Positions 1 through 13,099 of a DNA stretch of 64,000 nucleotides are shown piece by piece (within the stretch, counting starts at the first letter, position 1; the number at the start of each line of letters is the position of its first letter). Both the position numbers and the translations under genes were made by a program. The stretch is from Tubulanus polymorphus (Eukaryota; Animalia; Nemertea). The stretch spans positions 3,371,950 to 3,435,949 of the forward strand of contig NC_134026.1 in the NCBI RefSeq assembly GCF_964204645.1. The letters run 5' to 3'. The notes under the pieces are model-generated. The model ran no database searches and was not told where the DNA came from. It worked only from the letters and a program-made list of their open reading frames with translations.

Positions 1-1300
1 GTGATACAACTGGCAGATAAGAATAAGTCACAACAATCTAACCTCAAGAAACAATAAGAATATAGTACAAATATCTACGTTGATTTGATCGATACGCATA
101 TACACATGCATTTATACATTTCCGCGGGTTTTAACTCAATATATAGCTTATATTTCGTATATCACCATTTTGTTTCGGGATCAATAATCGCAGAAGAAAT
201 AAAAGTCGTTATTTATATCGATATTACACGGTATGTACTGGTATATATGTAGAATATATACAGCTACTGTTATCTGAATTACTGTACATATGTATACATG
301 TACATTTTACTGTACATGTATACATGTACATTAAATGACTACCGTTTAGTATTGTCATAGTAATAGTAAATCTAATTTGCCATTCAAATATCAGATACTA
401 TCAGATAAAATAAGCTTAGGGTGATAAATAATCATCACTAGTGTTACTGGCAAGCGCTGAGTGAAATTTCATTTGTCAATGATAGGAATTCTTTGAAATC
501 TTGATAAGGTTATGCGATAAAAACTGGCGGGATGAGCACACGTGAGTTCGTTCCATCCCTCTCTCGCGATCACTGCGATCACGTATGTCACATGCAAAGA
601 GATGGATGTTTTCTGAGATTTCTATTTCCTGTGGGAGGGTGACAAGTCCGCGGCAAAATGAATTACGGAGAGAGCACGTGTCAATTCCACCTGCTTTCTA
701 CATATCACACCGGCAAATATTTACACAATGAACAAGAATGTAAATAAGTCCGAAGCCGAAGACTGCCATGGGAGGCAAACACAATGACACTACACCGTGT
801 CGTAAAGTACATGCATAATGACCAGGTGAGATAAATCTAACCTAAGCCAAAAGCTTTATGTACAGTTTACATAAACCGAATGACCAAAGTCCATAAAACA
901 GTTGATGACCGGATATTGGATCGAAAAAATATTCAGTAAACAGCTCTATGTTTTAGACTACATTGATGACACGATGCCACATGAAGCAGATGCTTATACT
1001 TAGAAATTAGAATGCACATCACATAAGTGTCACTAATACTGCTTTATGAAATGAATCGAATCAAAATTATAATCCTATTCCAACAGGATATTATCTTATA
1101 TATGATACATGGCAGCTGTACAATACCATGTAATATACCATGTATTAATAGCAGTGCTTGTTGCTAATGGAAAAGCTAGATTTGCACTGCGCAGCCTCGC
1201 TTCATTCAGTATTTGATCGAGGTCAATATGAATCAGTGCTGACGGTAATCTTTCGAAAATGTCAGAGATCCTTTGAACGCGATTCACAATTCTAATCTAC

Positions 1301-1479
1301 CTTAATCTCGAATTGACGTCATTTTTGCCATCAATTTCCTCCGTCAGGGCGGCGGCTTTCAGGTTGGCCTTGTCGATTTCATCTTTTAACTTCTCGATCT
1401 CTTCGTGCGCGCGTTTGTGCAATTCGGATAACTCTTTTTGAAGTTTCTGACGTATGTCTTCGTACTCGGATTCTTTTTC
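1301..1479 (-). CDS. Coiled-coil gene exon (EKESEYEDIRQKLQKELSELHKRAHEEIEKLKDEIDKANLKAAALTEEIDGKNDVNSRLR); last exon found in window
   Basis: Acceptor tttttgtAG at 1481-1480, phase 0, matching the upstream exon; E/K/L-rich heptad-like ORF. Ends at AG|GTAGAT (phase 2), or reads through to TAG at 1297-1299. Confidence 0.85.
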
Positions 1480-1693
1480 CTACAAAAATTCGAAAACGAT
1501 ATAAATTTTCGTTCGTCGAACGAACGTTAAAAAATGCACACGCGGCACTCGAATAGAATACGGCAGCAGAATTCGACAAATCTCTAAATTCAATCACGTC
1601 AACGGCGACACTTTTCATGCCTCGTCGATTTCGCCGAACGCTTGTAAAACGTCATTAATTAGATATTGCCGTAGGTTCTACACCGGAACGTAC

Positions 1694-1819
1694 CCCGAGG
1701 ACGTGGTCTCGTTCGTAAATAACAGCGTTACATTTCTGTCGTTCCTCATCTAACGCAGCCGCCAGCTCAGCCCGGGAAACTTCCGATTCTTCCAGACGCG
1801 ATGATAAGGAATCAATTTT
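1694..1819 (-). CDS. Coiled-coil gene exon (KIDSLSSRLEESEVSRAELAAALDEERQKCNAVIYERDHVLG)
   Basis: Acceptor tttgtttAG at 1821-1820; donor GGG|GTACGT; 126 nt, phase 0-0. Confidence 0.85.
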
Positions 1820-2427
1820 CTAAACAAAAAAAAAGAAGTAAAAATCGGAGATCGTAAGAAATTACAAGTCCCCTTCACAAAGCTCATTTGGTCCATAGAT
1901 TTGTTGTGTCATGTTCCACAGGCTCGCTCAGAATGTGTTATAACACTTCTTTTCAAAACAATTTTCTGGGGGCAGACCCCACTTATGTGGCGCCCACAAT
2001 GTTGGCCTCCAGCAGCTGCAAGGACATGCTTTCGGCATGAGGTCCCAATTTTGTTGACACCACGCCACAACCCTGAAGTAAACGACAGTATCGCCAACAA
2101 TGATTCTTCTGCGATAAGTTCTCCACCTTGGCAGTGTTGATATGAACCTGGATGATCGTCATTGTTATATGTGAAGGGCGTGGTACGAATGCCTAGGCAA
2201 GTGGTGGGTGACTTCAATAGGTCCGGCACTTTCCTGTACCAGTTGTGAATGTAGATGCTGCGAAATTCCATTAACAGTAGATTTACTGACGGCATTAAAA
2301 GAGGGCAAATTAAAGCGTAATGGAAACACCTGTAGGCGACGAAAGGCCACCCATCGTAATTTGATTTGCAAATTGAATTTTACTTATTTATAGGCTTTGG
2401 GTGTAAAGGCGCCATTTAATTAATTAC

Positions 2428-2604
2428 CTCATCAAAAGCTTCAACTTTGGTGCGCGATTTTCGCTGCTCGGTGAAAAGTTCCTCTTTCGTAGCCTGTAAC
2501 TGATCACGTAGTTCCTGCGTTTCACGTTCTAAGGATTGACGCACGCTTTCTTTTTGTGCGACATCAACGCTCAGCGATTCTCGCTCAGAGATAAGTTGCT
2601 TGAT
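2428..2604 (-). CDS. Coiled-coil gene exon (IKQLISERESLSVDVAQKESVRQSLERETQELRDQLQATKEELFTEQRKSRTKVEAFDE)
   Basis: Poly-T tract then acAG acceptor; donor GAG|GTAATT; 177 nt, phase 0-0. Confidence 0.9.
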
Positions 2605-3937
2605 CTGTAATAGAAAAAAAAAAAAATTCTAACGCACATTCTACCTGCCGCCCGATGAAAATGTCAACCTTAACGACTGACACTGGCTGATATACCCTCG
2701 CGTACATTCTACTCGGAAGAAAGATGATACAATCATATGAGAGGGACAAATGTCACTTGTCTGAGATTCAGATGACTTAGGGAACAGTAAGATAATCATT
2801 CGACTTGTCAATTCATGCGCATTTCACACCGCATTTCGGCGAAGCGCTGATTTTTCTACGATATCCGATATCTGAAATTCTAGAAGCGATTTCTTGAAGG
2901 AACGATTAATTATGTATGCAGCCTACTGTCTGCGGTCCGACTGTTTTTTGTTCGACAGCCGATTTCATCTGAACACGACACCGACGGCGCATACGAGGGC
3001 CCGGCCGTCTTTGACTGCGATTCCTAAAGGTAGACCTCATCCATTTACGAAGAACTCATTAAGTGCTAATCTAACACTGCAGATACCACGCTATCTACCA
3101 TTAATAGCATTGATTATTGCCCGTAGACTCGGAGGCTGTCACGGAGAAGCAGCTTACGTATGTTTTCAATGGAAACGAGTCAAGTCGAAAGATACAAGAC
3201 GAACGCAACTCAACAAGTCCGAAACGTCGTAATGAAGTATCGCAGCGATGTGTACTGGTTTCCGGTATCGAGCGTTATTGCCGACAATATGCTGTTTGAG
3301 GCGAATGCTAAATTTCGTTATATCGAGAAAAGATGATGGCTTCATTATAAATAGCTACACGAGCGTCTTTGTTCGATTTTCGTTGTTGTGAGAAATAATC
3401 GGAATGTTCTGTAACATGGCGCGTACGTGCCTGGATATCGTGTCATCAATATGCAAAAGGCAATGACGAAGGTATGTTAGACCGCTATCAATTTCTAATA
3501 GAGCGAAATGATGCCAGTGAGATTGGGTTCACCGAAGTTTCCGACGAAAAGCTGAACTTTTCTGATGAATTTCCATTGAAAATCAAAGCGATCACGATGG
3601 TTTTTTTTAACTACTCTGTCACTTAAACTAAACCGGGGAAATGAGAAAGGACCGAGCTGGGAATTAACACATTAATGATTCAAATACATATCATCCTGCT
3701 TATTAATACCATGAGGCTGGACGGAAGATTGTTAACATGAACCGGAACCGAAATTTTCAATGGTTCACTTCAATAAAGACATGCAAATTCAACCAATCAC
3801 CGAACTCTATCTGTACTTGGATTTTCGACTCCGGGTCACCAAATAGGCATCCAATCAAATGAATGAGGGGAAAATCCCTATTTTAGGAACTAAGGAAATA
3901 CGAGACTGCGAAAAGATAAATGACTGACTGTACTCAC

Positions 3938-4109
3938 CTCCGGACCTGACATTCCAACTTCTTCAAACGCGCGAAGTCGTTCCATATTAGAACCGATATG
4001 ATCTTGAAGTTCAGTTAATTGCTGTCTTTTAGCTCCGATATCCTCCAACACCTGTGACAGTTCTTTTTGGGCATTGTCGCGTTTGAACTCGCATAACATC
4101 CAATCGGTT
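3938..4109 (-). CDS. Coiled-coil gene exon (TDWMLCEFKRDNAQKELSQVLEDIGAKRQQLTELQDHIGSNMERLRAFEEVGMSGPE)
   Basis: Acceptor tttatAG; strong donor GAG|GTGAGT; 172 nt, phase 2-0; lies inside ORF 3890..4141. Confidence 0.9.
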
Positions 4110-5775
4110 CTATAAATGAAAGTAAGACGAAATCGTGACATGAAAATGATTGGTTGGTTATGAATTACAGTTTAAGCCTACATTGGTTCAACAAGGCAAG
4201 AACCATTTGAACTCAAGTTATGACTGTCTTTCTGGGTTTGAAAGGGTAAAGACCATGTGTCAAGAAAAAGTCTATTTTGAATTTCTAGTCACTTCACAAT
4301 TTCGGCCAAGTGGTATGTTTAGCCACCTAATATACATAGGTACATGAATTTTCAGTTTGAATTTGAACTATTCCTGGAACCAAAAATACATCATGTACTT
4401 TTGCTGGAACTGAATACAGTAACCAGTACTGGCATTCAAATAAAACATAATGCACTGTTAAAGCTTCGAGTCACTTGAAAATTCTAGGATACTATATATG
4501 TGCATTACAATTTTAAATGAAAGGAAATTGCCAATATATGAGCGCGTCATGTGTACGGGAGATAGGAGGGGGAACTTCAAGAGGCCCCTTGAACGGATGT
4601 ACGGCATTCAGTAACATATGCCGCTTTAATATGCAATATACGTTCAGCTCATTCGTCAACCGTGTGAAATTTGCAAATGTCGCAGTCGTCACAGTCGATC
4701 GAGCAAAGCGTATGAACTCGGGAGATATAGGAGATACATCACCGGAGAAAAATTGAAATATTCGCCGTGTATCGATCACGATCTACTGAAAAAAGTCGCT
4801 TAGCAGACGGCATATGAATATTGCATGTGATAGATAGTATTAGTTACCGCACGACGGGGTTATCTTCAAATTGAATTAACTAAGGACAGCCAGCAGCGAG
4901 AGAGAGAACGATGACACCGAGCAAAATAAAGAAGTCAGTGTCAGAAGAGAACAATAAAAACAATGATTCATATCTTTGAGTAATGGAACACTTTTTCAGT
5001 CAGCAGATATTCTTATACTTGTATACAGCAGTGATAGATATAGGGGGTCCAGGGAGCCTTTTACCAAAATAACATTTCATCAACGTGGTTAAAGAAAGTA
5101 ATACAAACAGTGGCAAATTATTGCTGGCCATTTTGTTTTTTGGTTTAGAATCATTCTATGAGATTTTCCCTGAGATTTTTCTTTTTCATGAAAAATTTTG
5201 AGAGAGTAGTTTTGCTTGTTGAGTCCAAAGATGGAATAGAGTCATTCAAGCTAAAAATCTGGTTCTATTTCCGAGTCTCAACTGCTCGACTGGTCCCTGG
5301 ATATTAAAACACTGTGGCATACAACAATTATTGATATATTAACAACAGGGAATTGATGAAAATTGATGGATTTTATAATTCAAACAGTTAGAACCAGCTG
5401 GAATAATATGAGTCGAACCATCTGTTGTTGCTAGCTCAACAATGGAGACCTAACGATTTTCTATAAAACGCCCGAACGAGGGTCGCGACTGTTACTAGTC
5501 ATTTCCAGATGAAATTATGTTCGTTTCTTGCAGGAAATAAAACATGTCCACACAAGAACGCACTGATTCCGAGTTAAGTCAATTAATATTCTCGGTAAGG
5601 GGGCATGAAAAATATTTATAGTCGGTTCGTGTGAAAACTATCCATTAATATGGCGCTGCGACGATCTATAAACGCTTCATAAATGCATTACGACAATATC
5701 CCGTAGTGACGTATGCGAGGACCTTCTCTTAGCCATACATCATACATCAGACTGAGGGGCGCAGACAAAACTTAC

Positions 5776-5888
5776 CGAATACTTTCAGATTTCGACCGGC
5801 TGTCGTGTGTCTGTTTGTCTAATTGTTTGATGTCGGCTTCTGCCTGTTTCACCGTGTCTTCTAACGCGCGGATTTCGTTCAGCAGTTT
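5776..5888 (-). CDS. Coiled-coil gene exon (KLLNEIRALEDTVKQAEADIKQLDKQTHDSRSKSESIR)
   Basis: Acceptor ttttctAG; donor CG|GTAAGT; 113 nt, phase 0-2, joining exon 4109 in frame. Confidence 0.9.
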
Positions 5889-6590
5889 CTAGAAAATGAA
5901 GGAAATGAAATCGAAATGATGAAAACCGTCAGATCCCTCTACAATTATCTCTCTACCCCCGATACCGAGGTTTAAAAATTCATCATATTATCTACATATT
6001 GTCTTGTGTAATCATTCTAACAGCCCACACAGCCCCTGACAGGAACAGTATCAAATCCCTTGGAAATAATTGCCGGATTAACTCATCCTGCTGTCTTTTG
6101 TATCGAGACATTTTTTGAAATAGGTAGCTACTGATAAAAGGATCAATACACGCGCGACAGCGACTGACGCTAGCTACGTTTTAAGCTACATTGTTACCGC
6201 GACTATTATCAGAGGAAATGAAAATGCCAAAACGAAAACGAATCCGATTTATTCTCTCATATTCCCCGAGGTTTCGGGATATAGATCCCGCAATCATCGC
6301 GTCGAGAAAAAGTGCAACCATCTTCCAAAAGCACTTTCCTAGATAGATTTGTATCTTTCTCCTACTAGAATCTGCTTAGATCAATAGAAATTGAACAATG
6401 TCTAAATATAGCGTGTGCAGGTGAACACTGATGTGCACATTTGAGAATATAATCAAAGGCTTTTCACTAATCAAACAACGTTTTATGGATGAAATGTCTT
6501 CGCTTGCAGCCGCAGCAGTTCGCTTTGAAATACAAAGTGTAATGTTGGTCTCTTTTTAAAACTAATTTGCCCTTTATAATCATAATTTAC

Positions 6591-6668
6591 CTGTTTATCT
6601 TCTTTAGTCGCTCTGATGCTCTCCTGGAGAACTTCCAACTCAGCGATTTTGTCTTTCAATTCTTTATC
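6591..6668 (-). CDS. Coiled-coil gene exon (DKELKDKIAELEVLQESIRATKEDKQ)
   Basis: Acceptor tctgcAG; donor CAG|GTAAAT; 78 nt, phase 0-0. Confidence 0.88.
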
Positions 6669-6930
6669 CTGCAGATACGAAGGAAATTATCAAGCTAACA
6701 ATACATACGCAATGCTTTTTAAAAGCGTCCCCGGACAATTTAATCTTTTGATGAATGTAAACAAATTTCACCGATCTGCTTCCGCCGATGCGTGCGCTCG
6801 TTACGAGATGATCTCAAGTGAAAATTGAAAATATCACCAAAGCCGGAATCAATAGCGTACGAAATATGAATTCCAGCACATCTAATAATCAAAAGAATAG
6901 CAGAGCTCTTCACATGAAATGCCGTCTCAC

Positions 6931-6933
6931 CAT
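6931..6933 (-). CDS. Candidate alternative first exon contributing only the ATG (short coiled-coil-only isoform)
   Basis: Minus strand reads aaaaATG|GTGAGA; phase 0 matches the acceptor at 6668; a CpG-rich region lies upstream (about 7000-7700). Confidence 0.4.
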
Positions 6934-8035
6934 TTTTTCCAAATAAAGAGAATGAATACTTCGAAACAAGCTCGTTTTACATATACGTCTTAAATCCCTA
7001 GACAAACACAACAAGCCTCGACAAACCATCAAATATTTGCCGAAGCCGACGAAAAAAAACGCGTTCGTAAAAAACGAAAAATCTAGCTCAGGGGTCTTAT
7101 TGCCTTATTCATTCAGGGAATGCAGTGTAGAACGTAGATGACGTATGAAAGCCGGTGTTTGCAATGAATGGTTTAGATGGAATGATGCCCGATGTTTTTG
7201 CGTCAGACGGACACAAAAACGCCGTGAGTTAATGAAAAATCGCTTTTCATCCGACTCTCGGCGAACGCGTCAGTCATATCAGAGAGTTAATTATTCAGGC
7301 ATTATTCAACGAAATTATTACCGCCGTTCCCATGATCAATCGCGTTATTTGGTAACGTTTTCGATGATATGACTACGACGACGACGCGGCCGCCAATTTT
7401 ATCCGTTGTTGTTGTCTGTCGCATTATTTATTCATGAATTAGAATTTCGACCGACTATCGACGATGTATTGACGGCAGTAATTTCAGCTCGATCACGTCT
7501 CGTCGAAGTTACACGCGATGTTTCTCAGCGTTAGATAATTGTTATGGTAAATAAAACTACGTAGTTTGGTGATGTGCACTAAAACCGCGCGCTATACGTC
7601 AGATGAATTGAGCTAAAACGTTGAATTTTTACGATATTTTCGAGAGAAAATCTCGGAAGCATTCGAAATTACACCGCCTGGGATTAGAAAAGAAATCCCA
7701 ATCGGGATTAAAATTCCAGGTGTCTTTCGAACATCCGCGACTATAAAACGATTTATAAATTTCACATGAAATTAATATTATATGAAAGACGTTGTACTAG
7801 CATCGTTCATCAGGTAGAACCTTTCAAAATATATTGTGCCTAAGCTATTGCGCAGTTAGCATTTTAAATGTGGCTGCAAAACGAAATTCAGGCTGCAACT
7901 GAGGATTAGACAGTGAATTTCAAACCCAAAAGATATAATGAAGTAGCTGAAGTTATTCTATTCAGCCACAGCACCTTTTTCTGTTCACTTGAAAAACTGT
8001 GAATTACTCAAAGAATCAAATAAAATGGCACTTAC

Positions 8036-8366
8036 AAACATTTCATCAGTACGTTGCACCTCTATTGAGTGATGACAGTGATCGCATCCAGCATTGTTCA
8101 AGCGTTCCATACTCCTGGTATTACGATCACGATTCCGCGGTGGTTTAGGCGACGCGCGCCCGGCCGAGGCTCGTGCCGGACTCGCCGACCGGCGGCCATT
8201 ACGCGGAGGTGAAGTGGTCGGTTGATTTCCCGATAACGGCGACGCCATGAGTCGCATTTTTCGTTCCCGCTCCATTTCGCGTTGGATGAGTTTCGAAGCG
8301 CGTTTGATTTCTTGCGTGTTTTCTTTGATGTCTTCATCTTGTGATTCCGGTTCGGGATGGCTGTAT
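8036..8366 (-). CDS. Exon preceding the coiled coil (YSHPEPESQDEDIKENTQEIKRASKLIQREMERERK...SP/R-rich...CDHCHHSIEVQRTDEMF)
   Basis: Acceptor aatttcAG, phase 2; donor TTT|GTAAGT, phase 0; 331 nt inside ORF 7985..8383. Confidence 0.88.
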
Positions 8367-10164
8367 CTGAAATTTGAAACCAATCAACATATTGAATCAA
8401 TACAACCAGACAAACTGAAATGCGCACAATTTTAGCCACAAATTTTCTCTCATTACATTACCAATGTCATCGGATACTACGTTAAGGTCTACAGGTCTAA
8501 GCCGGTAAGATCTTGAAGATTTTAGAGCTCAGGTAATCAAACATTGGTCATAACAAAAGAAAACTAAAAGCTAGACAGGATGGGGAGATGGGCAATTTTT
8601 CTAACATGCAATCCCAAAGTGTACAACCGAGTCCGTCTGACATGGTTTTCTAATGCATATAGATTCTCTTCTATGATAAATGTCATGTCGTCATTTTTGT
8701 TTATGGAAAACACGAGAAGCGTTTTTCATAATTTAAAACGCCGAGACTAGAGAGAAAAGAGATTTCATCGTTAATGGATTTGTGTAGGAAGAAGTTTATG
8801 GAGAGCAGCCTACGCTCTCGCTCTGCGCGACGTGTATCTAATGTCCTAGGTCGCCGCGATGAATAAGGATCGTCTTATAATCGTAATACGAGGTGGAAAA
8901 GTTGCAAGAAACGAAATCTGGCACCGAAGAAGCTACAATTACACGGCGACGACGACGACGTCCACACGGTGTCTACATGAAACTTACTCGTTTCATTTTC
9001 CGATGTAACGCGTCGGTGGGTTTTCATAGCGGGGGAAAATTTCAATAGATGTTTTCAGTAAAGGAATTGCGGCGTGCTGTTACCGGTATCAATGGCGACA
9101 GACTCGAGAGTTGATTGATCGCCGAGCCTAAAGAATAACGTCCGCCGCGGCGTTATTGGCATTTTATGAGATCGTGAATTTTCATTTGGCGCCGATTGAA
9201 TTCGAATACGAACCGGAACCGCGCTAATCCCACTTAGAGAATGCGCCAATTTTCTCGACGCCAAAGAAATGATTTCATTTCGGCGATAAAAATCATCCGG
9301 ATATTCATTCACTATTGTATTATATAATGAACCCCTAGTTTGCTTTTCTTTCATCTATTTGTCTTCTAACTGATTCTATTTCATATTTTCCCTTAGTTTG
9401 TATCACTTCTGATTCACTTGGTTTAGTCTCTGTTCCGGATTGTATTTACCTTTTACAATTTCCATTGTAACTCACGGTATTCCCGAAGATGACTAGTTGA
9501 AACGTCGCATAAACTACTAGCTTCGGACTTTATATTACTTCGTGATTATTAACTGCGGGATTCTCTATATATCATCGAGACGAGAGCTGCGAAGTCGTCG
9601 GACGAACACGTTAAGTTCATCCCAATTTAATTAAAAGATAGCGATTAAAATTCGTAACTTCGAGGACCGAAGATTGACGACGTTTGAACAGTAGACGGTT
9701 GGTTGCGGGCGATCCGATCGTGAGAACGCGACCGTCTGTTGTCACAGTTCCCGATGCCGGCATCCGAAGATTTGTTTCGAAATATTTACGCTCAGTGATC
9801 GTGAATGCGTTAACCGCAAATTTAAAACAAACATTATAATTCTCGAGAATATTCGAGGCGAATATCGAACTGAACGCTTTCAAGTAGTTATGGTCGATAC
9901 TCGGATTGCGATGATTGATTTAAGCTACTGACTCCGATTGATGAAGAATGGAACTGGCAAGGATGTCCGCGTGCTCGAGAAATTCAATCATTTACCAATT
10001 AGGTGAGAGAGAATATTGGACGAATGATAATTTCTAGATTGCGCGTTATGTACGGAATGATGAAATGGAGATGGAGTTCAATGATATAACAACAATATCA
10101 ATTTCATCCACTCGTTATGATATCCACATAGGACTAATACAACACATAAGGCACGACAAGGTTG

Positions 10165-10424
10165 CAAAATTTGGCAGACCATCGTTGGACCAGGCCAGAG
10201 TAAAATTTTAGCACAGGCCAAAATTATTGCGTGTGAATTGCAACTGGTTCCTGATTTGACTCTGAGTTTGTTTTAGAATTGTTTAGTGCCAAGTGAGTGG
10301 TTTATATGTGAACGCGCTCTCTAGTTAGGCTTGGGCCAAATTTGACTCGGGCTTGATAAATGCCAATCAATAATAGAAATAAGACGTTTGGGCCGGGCAA
10401 AATCTTCTCCATGTGATCGCAGCT
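10165..10424 (-). mobile_element. Degenerate, truncated MITE family A copy in inverted orientation
   Basis: Ends ...ctccatgtgatcgcagct, the reverse complement of the family terminus; internal ggcccg/ccaaattt motifs. Left boundary approximate. Confidence 0.65.
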
Positions 10425-10429
10425 ATATA

Positions 10430-10738
10430 AGCCATGATCACATGGAGAAAATTTGGTCCAGATGAGGCCCGGTTCAAATTAGGTCTGCACAAAATTAGAG
10501 AGCACGTTCACGCATAAACTTCACACTCAATACTAAAAAATGCCTCGACAAAGCAAGTGAGTCACCTCCAAAACCTGTTGCATATCAGATGAAATAATTC
10601 ATCCTGTGCAAATTTTGGCTCAAGCCTGGTCTGATGTTTTGGTTGGGCCAAACAGGCATGGGCCCATTTGGTACCTGTGTGAACCAGTTGACCTCAGCCT
10701 AGATTGGTACAGACCAAAAACGCTTGCGTGAACGAGCT
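10430..10738 (+). mobile_element. MITE family A copy
   Basis: Starts agccatgatcacatggag and ends gcgtgaacgagct; internal gagagcacgttcacgcataaac is shared with the other copies. Confidence 0.7.
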
Positions 10739-11400
10739 GATATCAATTTCACTCGCTATGACATCTATGGGACTAATACATTACGCATACATCACTAACT
10801 AACATTCAAGTTTTTCATAATCAATTACGAATCATGAATTTCTTTCCCAATTTGACATTGAGAGATCATCAAGAATTTTGAAATTATGTCGACGAAACAA
10901 AAGCAAAAACAGATATGTACCTGTTTTAGATCAATGAATTCTATAAATCCAGGTAGACAAGTTGATTCTTAATCCATTCAAGTCCTGAACTTTCATGCCA
11001 AATCGCACCTCAGTTCATTGAATGTTACATGAAAAATGTCGCGATAAATGACCGGCTTCATTTGCGATACGCACGAGGGGCTAATTATTACTAAATCAAT
11101 CAATACGAAATGATCTTTAGAGGAGAAGACGCCTACAGGGCGAAGTGTCGCTCTGGCGCGAACAGGTAAGCGTTATTTGACAGGACAATCATGCAGTACT
11201 ATACACGAGAGGACAGTTAAGATAGTACTAAACGGTAATCCATGCAGCAACAGTTAAAGTACCTTGTTTAATGAACGTAGATACACGGTTATATGGTTGC
11301 GGTGTTGGTGCGGCGGAGTGGTCCAAAAGCTCAAGGGACACTGGGGGGGCACGGAGCACAAGGGCAGCAAACATGAGACATCGACAGGACGACCAGCTAC

Positions 11401-13055
11401 CTTAACGACGTAGAATTTTCGATATCGTAATCATCGTCGTCGTCCTCTTCGACGCTGCCGATAGTTTGACCGGCGTTCTGAGCGACGGTTTGTAACCACT
11501 GACTCAGCATCGTTCTGTCGACCTCTTCGTCTTCGAGCACGTCGTCCGAGCCGGATTCCGTCGATTCCCATTCTTCGCGTAACGATTCCAGACGACAGTC
11601 CTGCAACGCCAGACGCTCGGTGACCGATACGTACGAGTCTTTGCGGTCTCGTCCGCCGGTCGGTTCTTCGGCTTCTTCTTCCTCCTCGACCGTGCTCGTC
11701 ATAATCGAACTCTCGGAACTCGCCGTGAACCCGAACGGTATTTTATGTTCGTTGAAAGCGAGACGTTCGGTGACCGACTGTCCGGCTTCTCCGTTCTCTT
11801 CGTCTTCTTCGTCGACCGTTTCCGAAAACGAATTCTTCTCCATGCTACCGTCCAAACTGAAACTAACGTCGATCACTTCCATTTTCGAAAGAAGGGTCAG
11901 CGAACCGCGCCGCGCGGCCGTACTCGGGGCGACCGGTGGTTTATTTTCGCACGAAGCCGACTGACTGACCGTCCGCCTCATCGGCGCGCGGTCCGCCGCT
12001 TTCGACCGATACTGCCAGTGTACGAGCTTAGCATCTTTCGTCGGTTGCGTTTCTCGTTCGTCGTCGGTCGGACTCGAATTCGAATTGATTACTTTCGGTT
12101 TGACGTCGTATTGTTCTTTTGGTATATCAGCGCTAGCAATACGAGCATCATCGTCGTCAATAACACCTTCATCCGTAGACCGAGCGATGTCGCAATCGGT
12201 CTGTTCTATTTCGTTGGGGATGTCGATACTTTCGGGAGGCGTATTCGAGTAATCTTGTATTTCGATAGACACGTTGCCACATTGCATAACTATATGGTCA
12301 TCGTCTATACTGTTGGCGTTCCAGCAATCGTCGTCAATACTCTCGTCTTGCGTACGCCTCGGCCACGAGTGATCGACGCTTTCGTCGCGCGTATCGTCGG
12401 TGCACCACGGCGGCCGAGACTGGCCCCCGCTGCCGCTCGACTGATGCGAAACGCTCGTCGAATGTTCGTGAAACGCGGCGAGAACGTCCTCTAAATTCTC
12501 GTCGATCGACGTCTGACTGAACGACTCGAAGAACGATTCGAGCGAATGATTCAACGATTCCATATCCGGATAATCGGACGCGATGTCGTGCATCAGACGT
12601 TGTCGACTGTCCGAATCGATCGAAATATTCTGGAACAAGTCCGTCACGATTTTCTTCGCGACCGGATTCTTTTCGAGGCTACCCTGGCTGTTATTACTCA
12701 TTCCAAATAATTGACTAAGTTTCGGTCCGATACGAGCAGCCATTTGACTGTTCGAAACGCGTCGATTCGCGTCGTCTTCCGGACATTCCACCGAAATACT
12801 CGGCGTTATTTTCGTCTTATCGTCGCCGTTTTTCGCCTCGTCGTCGGAATTCGAGCGATTATTACCGGCTGCCTCCATTTGTTGGCGAATTTCGGCTCGT
12901 CGAGCCGCCTCGCGGAATTGTTTCTCGATTTCATGCTCGAGATCGCACGCGTCCGGCTGCGATTCGAGACTCGTGATGCATTGTTGCCTCAATAAACTGC
13001 TACGTCGTCGACGTAATGCCGAAGGAGGCGGCGATTCCGCTTCTTCGTCGCTCAT
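11401..13055 (-). CDS. Large acidic, Ser/Asp/Glu-rich first coding exon (MSDEEAESPPPS..., about 551 aa) of the coiled-coil transcript; probably disordered
   Basis: 552-aa ORF; start context gaaaATGAGC; ends at AG|GTAGCT, phase 2, matching the acceptor at 8366. Confidence 0.85.
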
Positions 13056-13099
13056 TTTCTTTTCTTTTACGTAAACGACGATTTTTTTTTCTACTTACG

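Noticed and set aside
1655-1693. Gene termination at TAA 1655-1657
   Set aside because: A donor at 1693 and an in-phase coiled-coil exon at 1479 explain the sequence better; read-through remains possible as a minor isoform.
1301-8366. Assigning a gene symbol (myosin, centrosomal protein, IRAG or SSFA2 C-terminus) to the coiled-coil exons
   Set aside because: Generic heptad composition; I recognise no diagnostic motif without a search.
8983-9027. Strong donor GA|GTAAGT with upstream ATGs
   Set aside because: Its ATG frames end in phase 0 or 1, not the phase 2 needed at 8366. It could be a UTR exon but this is unsupported.
11620-12995. Plus-strand ORFs of 114, 249 and 94 aa
   Set aside because: Antisense shadows of the GC-rich minus-strand exon; the same applies to ORFs overlapping 15341-17660 and 54006-54308.
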